Assembly: GCA_964521585.1 (NCBI GenBank)
Contig: CAZFSC010000004.1
Span: forward strand, 1,397 to 65,396
DNA: 64,000 bases
Origin: an uncultured Limnohabitans sp.
GTDB lineage: Bacteria > Bacteroidota > Bacteroidia > Cytophagales > Cyclobacteriaceae
Direction: 5' to 3'
Each line of letters begins with the position of its first letter. Positions within the stretch are counted from its first letter, which is position 1. The notes under the pieces are model-generated. The model searched no databases. It saw only the letters and a list, made by a program, of their open reading frames with translations, and was not told the DNA's origin. Shown in pieces: positions 58,477 through 64,000 of this stretch. The translations under genes and the position numbers were made by a program.

Positions 58477-59249
58477 TTTTCAAACTGAATCAAAGCAGCT
58501 TTTGACCCGTCAAATTCAAGGTAATTATTTTGATTCACCCATTCCCCAAGATTAAAATAGGTGGATCCTTCTTTAATTTTCAGTTCCAAAGGCAGATGAC
58601 GATGTCCGAAGATATAATAATCGTGATGGGTTTGAGATTCTATTTCCTTGCAATACTGCCAGAGCCATTCATCCTCTCCCAAAAATCGGTTTTCATCTTT
58701 TTTCATATTTGAGATCCGGCTCTTTCCTGACCAGGCTTTTGCCAGTTTAATTCCAAGATCTGGATGAATCCAACGAAATAGCCAGATGGCAATTGGGTTG
58801 GTGAAAACTTTCTTGAGCTGCTTATAGGATTGATCACCTGGTCCTAAACCATCCCCATGTCCCACAAGAATTCTTTTTTCACAGACCTCTACCAAAATTG
58901 GCTGATGAAAAACAGGGATTCCCAATTCTTTGGTGAAATAATCTCTCATCCATAGATCGTGATTACCGGTAAAAAAATAGATAGGAATTCCTCGTTCACG
59001 AAGCTGTGAAAGCTTCGAAATAAAAGGAATAAAACCTTTTGGAATAACTTGTCCATATTCAAACCAAAAATCGAAAATATCGCCTACCAAAAATATTGCA
59101 GCTGCCTGGTCTGCGATGTAGTCCAGCCACCGGATGATTCGTTTTTCCCTGATTTTGCTTTGGGTTTCATTGGGAGCACCGAGATGAAAATCAGATGCAA
59201 AAAATAATTTCTTACCATTGAGCTCAAGTTTCAAAGAGGTTGATTGCAT
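58473..59249 (-). CDS. lpxH: UDP-2,3-diacylglucosamine diphosphatase
   Basis: ASDFHLG, GDIFDFWFEY, GNHD, HGDG, FGHRH and NLGEW. Confidence 0.88.
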   Translation of the reverse strand: MQSTSLKLELNGKKLFFASDFHLGAPNETQSKIREKRIIRWLDYIADQAAAIFLVGDIFDFWFEYGQVIPKGFIPFISKLSQLRERGIPIYFFTGNHDLWMRDYFTKELGIPVFHQPILVEVCEKRILVGHGDGLGPGDQSYKQLKKVFTNPIAIWLFRWIHPDLGIKLAKAWSGKSRISNMKKDENRFLGEDEWLWQYCKEIESQTHHDYYIFGHRHLPLELKIKEGSTYFNLGEWVNQNNYLEFDGSKAALIQFEK

Positions 59250-59278
59250 CGCGAAAGATAAAAGAGGAATACAAAAGT

Positions 59279-59305
59279 AAAAAGCCCTGAATTATTCAGG
59301 GCTTT
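59279..59305 (-). terminator. Terminator after ftsH
   Basis: aaagccctgaa/ttcagggcttt hairpin. Confidence 0.75.
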
Positions 59306-59317
59306 ATATAATTAAAA

Positions 59318-61384
59318 TTAGTTTTCGTTTTTATCCTCAGGAACTGCTTCGGCCTCTTTATTCGGCGCTTCCTCTTTCTCGACTTCCGGCTCAGCCAGTT
59401 TGTCGGTCACGATTTCCGGAGCAGATTCTTTTTTGTTGGTGAAGGCTTGGTAAGTGGTTTCTTTTTCAAAAGGCCGCTTTCCAATTAGCTTTTCCAAGTC
59501 AGACTGGAAGAGAATCTCTTTTTCAAGAAGTTCTTTAGCCAGTATTTCCAACTCATTTCTTTTAGAAGTCAACAATTCCAAAGTACGCTCATAGGCACTT
59601 GCGATCAACTTTCTAACTTCATTATCGATTGTCTCAGCTGTGGTCTCCGAATATGGCTTGGTCATTTTATATCCATCACTTTTTGAATCATAAAAGGATA
59701 CATTACCTATTTTCTCATTCATTCCATACACGGACACGATTGAATAAGCCATTTTGGTCACTCGCTCCAAATCACTCAAAGCTCCTGTAGAGATTTTCTT
59801 GAAAATAATCTCCTCTGCAGCTCTTCCTCCAAGTGTCATGCACATTTCATCTACCAACTGTTCTGTTTGATAAAGGAATTGTTCTTTGGGAAGATATTGA
59901 GCATAACCTAGTGCGGCTACACCACGAGGCACAATACTCACTTTTACCAAAGGATCTGCATGCTCTAAGAACCAACCTGCTACTGCATGACCTGCCTCGT
60001 GGTAGGCCACTATTTTCTTTTCTTCCGGAGAAATGATTTTATTTTTCTTTTCAAGGCCACCGATCACTCGATCTACAGCATCCTGAAAATCCTGCATATC
60101 CACCGCGACTTTATTTCTTCTTGCGGCGATCAATGCCGCTTCATTACAAACGTTGGCTATTTCTGCGCCGGCAAAGCCAGGTGTCTGTGCTGCACATTTT
60201 TTAGGATCTACATCATCTGCGGTTTTGATTGGCTTCAAATGAACTTTGAAAATTGCCTCTCTGCCATTGATATCTGGTTTGTCAATAGAAATCTGACGGT
60301 CAAATCTTCCAGGTCTAAGAAGGGCGCTGTCCAATACATCAGGACGGTTGGTCGCGGCGACTACAATGACTCCGGAATCAGTTCCAAATCCATCCATTTC
60401 AACCAGAAGTGAATTCAAGGTATTTTCTCTTTCGTCATTGGAACCTGGCATCTGGCCTTTTCCCCTTGATCGTCCGATAGCATCTATCTCATCAATAAAA
60501 ATGATACAAGGTGCTTTTTCTTTGGCTTGCTTGAACAAGTCCCGAACTCGGGCTGCACCCACACCCACAAACATCTCTACGAAGTCTGAACCGGATAGGG
60601 TAAAGAATGGGACGCCTGCTTCTCCTGCTACTGCTTTGGCAAGCAAAGTCTTACCTGTACCCGGAGGTCCTACCAAAAGGGCACCTTTAGGTATTTTGCC
60701 ACCCAGTTTGGTGAATTTTCCTGGATTCTTTAGAAACTCGACAATTTCCTGCACTTCTTCTTTGGCTTCATCCAGTCCTGCCACATTGTCAAAAGTGATT
60801 TTCACTTTATTCTCTGCGTCGAAAAGTTGTGCTTTGGATTTTCCAACGTTAAATATTTGTCCGCCGGGACCTGATGGACCTGCCATTCTTCTCATCATGA
60901 ACCAGAATAAGACAAAGAGCAAAATCAGAAATCCGAAACTTGAGAAGTAGCTTCCCCAGTTTTCTTCAGTTTCTACTTTAAGTTCAGTTCGCTCAGCGGG
61001 TTCGAGTTTTTCATTCAATGCGTCGAAATCATTGGCGAATTTATCCAGAGAAGCTATCTGAAAGGTGTAATGTGGTCCTGACGGATTGAAAAACGCAGAA
61101 TTAGCCTCCAACTCCGTTTTGTATTTGGCATCAGCTAACGCACTAGATTCCAGCGTGACATCTACACGTTCCATGTTTTTAATGATGACCACTTTGGATA
61201 TGTCTCCTGCCAAGTACATGTCCTCAAAGCGTTTTTGAGTAATGTCGATGACCGAATTCTGATTCTGAACGTAAGTAAGACCGATCAAAACCAGAACAGC
61301 GGCGATGATTAACCAAAGCTGAAAATTTGGCTTCTGAGGTGTCTTAGGGACGAATTTTTTATTACTTTTTTTTGTATCGCTCAT
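59318..61384 (-). CDS. ftsH: ATP-dependent zinc metalloprotease FtsH
   Basis: Two TMs, [15 protein letters not shown] motif and HEAGH. Confidence 0.98.
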   Translation of the reverse strand: MSDTKKSNKKFVPKTPQKPNFQLWLIIAAVLVLIGLTYVQNQNSVIDITQKRFEDMYLAGDISKVVIIKNMERVDVTLESSALADAKYKTELEANSAFFNPSGPHYTFQIASLDKFANDFDALNEKLEPAERTELKVETEENWGSYFSSFGFLILLFVLFWFMMRRMAGPSGPGGQIFNVGKSKAQLFDAENKVKITFDNVAGLDEAKEEVQEIVEFLKNPGKFTKLGGKIPKGALLVGPPGTGKTLLAKAVAGEAGVPFFTLSGSDFVEMFVGVGAARVRDLFKQAKEKAPCIIFIDEIDAIGRSRGKGQMPGSNDERENTLNSLLVEMDGFGTDSGVIVVAATNRPDVLDSALLRPGRFDRQISIDKPDINGREAIFKVHLKPIKTADDVDPKKCAAQTPGFAGAEIANVCNEAALIAARRNKVAVDMQDFQDAVDRVIGGLEKKNKIISPEEKKIVAYHEAGHAVAGWFLEHADPLVKVSIVPRGVAALGYAQYLPKEQFLYQTEQLVDEMCMTLGGRAAEEIIFKKISTGALSDLERVTKMAYSIVSVYGMNEKIGNVSFYDSKSDGYKMTKPYSETTAETIDNEVRKLIASAYERTLELLTSKRNELEILAKELLEKEILFQSDLEKLIGKRPFEKETTYQAFTNKKESAPEIVTDKLAEPEVEKEEAPNKEAEAVPEDKNEN

Positions 61385-61449
61385 TTCTTAGGGATGATTC
61401 TATAAACTTATGGTAAAACGACTAGAGGGATCTAAAGTTTGAATACTTT

Positions 61450-61806
61450 TCAATTGATTTTAGTGATTTTGGCATCACCCCAAAGGTCCTCTAATCCGAA
61501 ATATTGTCTTTTATCTTTAAGGAAAATATGCGCAACAACGTTCACGTAATCCATCAAAATCCACTGTCCACTGTTTTTGCCTTCACTTTTCCAGGGTCCT
61601 TTTTCACCTGCTTTGATTACATGCTCTTCGATCGAATCCATAATCGCCTCAAGTTGTGTATCGGAGTTTCCTGAGCAAAGGACAAAAAAGTCAGTGACTG
61701 AATTTTTAATATTTCGTAAGTCCATTACCATGATTTCGGAAGCCTTTTTATCTTCCATTCCTTTGATTATTATTTTGCTCAGCGCTTCTGCTGTCATATT
61801 ATTCAT
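61450..61806 (-). CDS. rsfS: Ribosome silencing factor
   Basis: DKKA..I..MDL, DFFVLCSG and WILMDY..VVAHIF....RQYFGLEDLW. Confidence 0.95.
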   Translation of the reverse strand: MNNMTAEALSKIIIKGMEDKKASEIMVMDLRNIKNSVTDFFVLCSGNSDTQLEAIMDSIEEHVIKAGEKGPWKSEGKNSGQWILMDYVNVVAHIFLKDKRQYFGLEDLWGDAKITKIN

Positions 61807-61864
61807 TTAATTTTACAAACCCAATGAGGGAATTAATTTAGTTTTTTCAGAGGGCTCAAAATTT

Positions 61865-62626
61865 ATGTATAAAATTCTTGCCAATACGATTTTTTTGGGG
61901 AAAGATGTTCATTTCCTGCCAGAGTGTCACTCCACTAATGACATTGCCCTTCAGATGATCAAGAATAAAACTGCCCATGAGGGCACTGTGATCATCACAG
62001 ATCATCAGACGCGGGGCAAAGGGCAGCGAGGAAACCTTTGGTTGTCTCAAAAAGGATTGAATTTAACCTTTTCAATGGTTTTAAGGCCGAGTTTCATGGA
62101 TATTTCTGACCAGTTTTATCTTAATATGGCTGTTTCAAATAGTATTCGAAGACTTTTACAAGAATATCAGCCCACCATCAAGGTAAAGTGGCCCAATGAT
62201 TTAATCGTTCCGGATTATGGTAAAATTGGTGGAATTCTGATTGAAAACACTTTTTCAGCGGAGGGATGGGAACATGCAGTAGTGGGAGTTGGGATCAATA
62301 TTAACCAGTCGGAGTTCGAATCGCCCAATGCAACTTCCTTGACTAGGATTACAGGTAGCCAGTTTGATTTGAAGGAATTATTTCGGCTTCTGATCACTTA
62401 TATCGAGCAAGGTTACTTCCAGTTGAAAAGAGGAAAATGGGCTGAAATAAAAACAGAATACCTGCATCATCTTTATAAAAGGGGTCAATTGGCAACCTTT
62501 AAAGATCTTTTTCATGTATTTAAAGGTACAATTTTGGGAGTTTCTCCTGAAGGAAAATTGGAAATTGAACTCGAAAATGGGGATCGGTCGCTATTTGGGT
62601 TGAAGGAAATAGTCCTATTAAACTAG
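61865..62626 (+). CDS. birA: Biotin--[acetyl-CoA carboxylase] ligase (no N-terminal HTH)
   Basis: STND, QTRGKGQRGN.W, KWPND, KIGGILIE and GVGININ. Confidence 0.93.
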   Translation: MYKILANTIFLGKDVHFLPECHSTNDIALQMIKNKTAHEGTVIITDHQTRGKGQRGNLWLSQKGLNLTFSMVLRPSFMDISDQFYLNMAVSNSIRRLLQEYQPTIKVKWPNDLIVPDYGKIGGILIENTFSAEGWEHAVVGVGININQSEFESPNATSLTRITGSQFDLKELFRLLITYIEQGYFQLKRGKWAEIKTEYLHHLYKRGQLATFKDLFHVFKGTILGVSPEGKLEIELENGDRSLFGLKEIVLLN

Positions 62627-62714
62627 GATACTCATTTTCGATTCCAAATATTATGGGGTAACTTTGTATCTGTTTTACATATACCGGAGTATTTTATCAT
62701 AAATTTTACATAAC

Positions 62715-64000
62715 ATGTCAGAAACTAAATCTGAAAAATTCATCCAATACAAAGTAAAGGATATCTCGTTGGCAGAGTGGGGAAGAAAAGAGATCATGCT
62801 TGCCGAATCTGAAATGCCAGGATTAATGGCACTTCGTGAGGAGTTTGGAGATTCTAAGCCTTTGAAAGGCGCCAGAATCGCCGGTTGTCTTCATATGACT
62901 ATTCAAACTGCAGTATTGATCGAGACTTTGAAAGCTCTAGGAGCTGAAGTGACTTGGTCTTCCTGTAATATTTTTTCTACACAAGACCACGCCGCCGCTG
63001 CGATCGCCGCTGCAGGTATTCAAGTGTATGCCTGGAAAGGTCAGACTGCCGAGGAATTTGATTGGTGTATCGAGCAGACTCTTTTCTTCGGAGAAGATCG
63101 TCAGCCACTCAATATGATCTTAGATGATGGTGGAGACTTGACCAATATGGTATTGGACCAGTATCCTGAATTGGTTTCCGGTATCAAAGGTCTTTCTGAA
63201 GAGACCACTACCGGTGTACATAGACTGTATGAGCGGATGAAAAAAGGGACTCTTCCTATGCCTGCGATCAATGTCAATGACTCTGTGACCAAATCAAAAT
63301 TTGATAATAAATACGGATGTAAAGAATCACTTGTAGATGCTATTCGCCGTGCCACTGATGTGATGATGGCTGGAAAAGTAGCTGTGGTAGCAGGTTATGG
63401 TGATGTGGGGAAAGGTTCTGCCGCCTCGTTGAGAGGAGCTGGTGCAAGAGTAATTGTGACCGAGATCGATCCGATCTGTGCGCTTCAGGCCGCGATGGAT
63501 GGATTTGCTGTGAAAAAAATGGCCGATGCTGTGAAAGAAGCCGATATTATCGTCACCGCAACTGGTAATAAAGATATTATTCATGGGGAATACTTCAAAG
63601 CAATGAAGGATAAGGCCATCGTATGTAATATCGGTCATTTTGATAATGAAATTGATATGGCTTGGTTGAATAAAAATTACGGTCATACCAAAGATGTCAT
63701 CAAACCTCAAGTGGATCTTTACAATTTGGATGGGAAACACATAATCGTATTGGCAGAAGGTAGACTGGTGAATTTGGGTTGCGCGACAGGTCACCCTTCA
63801 TTTGTCATGTCCAATTCATTTACCAATCAGACTCTGGCTCAATTAGAGCTTTGGCAGAATCATGAGAATTATGAAGCTGGAGTGTACGTGCTTCCTAAAC
63901 ATCTTGATGAAAAAGTAGCCATGCTTCATCTTTCTAAATTAGGAGTGGAATTGGATACTTTGTCTCAAGAGCAGGCCGAATATATCGGGGTGGAGGTTGA
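62715..64000 (+). CDS. ahcY: Adenosylhomocysteinase, truncated by the window end (absent from the ORF track)
   Basis: ATG at 62715: [68 protein letters not shown] and [16 protein letters not shown] -7 element at 62659-62666. Confidence 0.97.
   Translation, partial: MSETKSEKFIQYKVKDISLAEWGRKEIMLAESEMPGLMALREEFGDSKPLKGARIAGCLHMTIQTAVLIETLKALGAEVTWSSCNIFSTQDHAAAAIAAAGIQVYAWKGQTAEEFDWCIEQTLFFGEDRQPLNMILDDGGDLTNMVLDQYPELVSGIKGLSEETTTGVHRLYERMKKGTLPMPAINVNDSVTKSKFDNKYGCKESLVDAIRRATDVMMAGKVAVVAGYGDVGKGSAASLRGAGARVIVTEIDPICALQAAMDGFAVKKMADAVKEADIIVTATGNKDIIHGEYFKAMKDKAIVCNIGHFDNEIDMAWLNKNYGHTKDVIKPQVDLYNLDGKHIIVLAEGRLVNLGCATGHPSFVMSNSFTNQTLAQLELWQNHENYEAGVYVLPKHLDEKVAMLHLSKLGVELDTLSQEQAEYIGVEV

Noticed and set aside
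60348-60950. 200-aa plus-strand ORF
   Set aside because: Antisense shadow of the conserved ftsH AAA domain.
62627-62714. SAH/SAM riboswitch upstream of ahcY
   Set aside because: The -7 element at 62659-62666 leaves a short AT-rich leader with no recognisable aptamer.
63101-63794. Minus-strand ORFs of 84 and 155 aa
   Set aside because: Antisense to ahcY, which is the real gene and is missing from the track only because it has no stop inside the window.

Overview
Mostly core chromosome of a Bacteroidota/Cytophagales bacterium, probably Cyclobacteriaceae (Algoriphagus-like). This is inferred from gene content, TAnnTTTG -7 promoter elements and T9SS genes. Recognisable genes include purB, an ECF sigma/anti-sigma operon with two outer-membrane barrels, padR-pspC, a PorV-like/PorU-like (C25) T9SS pair, a cystathionine gamma-lyase/synthase, tamB-photolyase-Smr, tsaD-smpB-NlpC-like-HNH, rnhB, a GH63 glycosidase, an S9 peptidase, an RND pump, a sigma-54 two-component system, lpxH-ftsH-rsfS, birA and ahcY (which runs off the right edge). 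The only clearly accessory part is the first ~3.5 kb, downstream of a tRNA-Asn(GTT). It holds a degenerate copy of the tRNA 3' end plus terminator, and an orphan MacB/FtsX-type permease with its own sigma-54-type promoter, bracketed by a perfect 39-bp direct repeat. Other leads are a frameshifted PlcP-like phosphoesterase upstream of a glycosyltransferase, an NlpC/P60 protein lacking its catalytic residues, and a shared TGTAC..GTACA regulatory motif. I saw no CRISPR array, rRNA, transposase or intact integrase. All family calls come from recognising motifs by eye, not from database searches.
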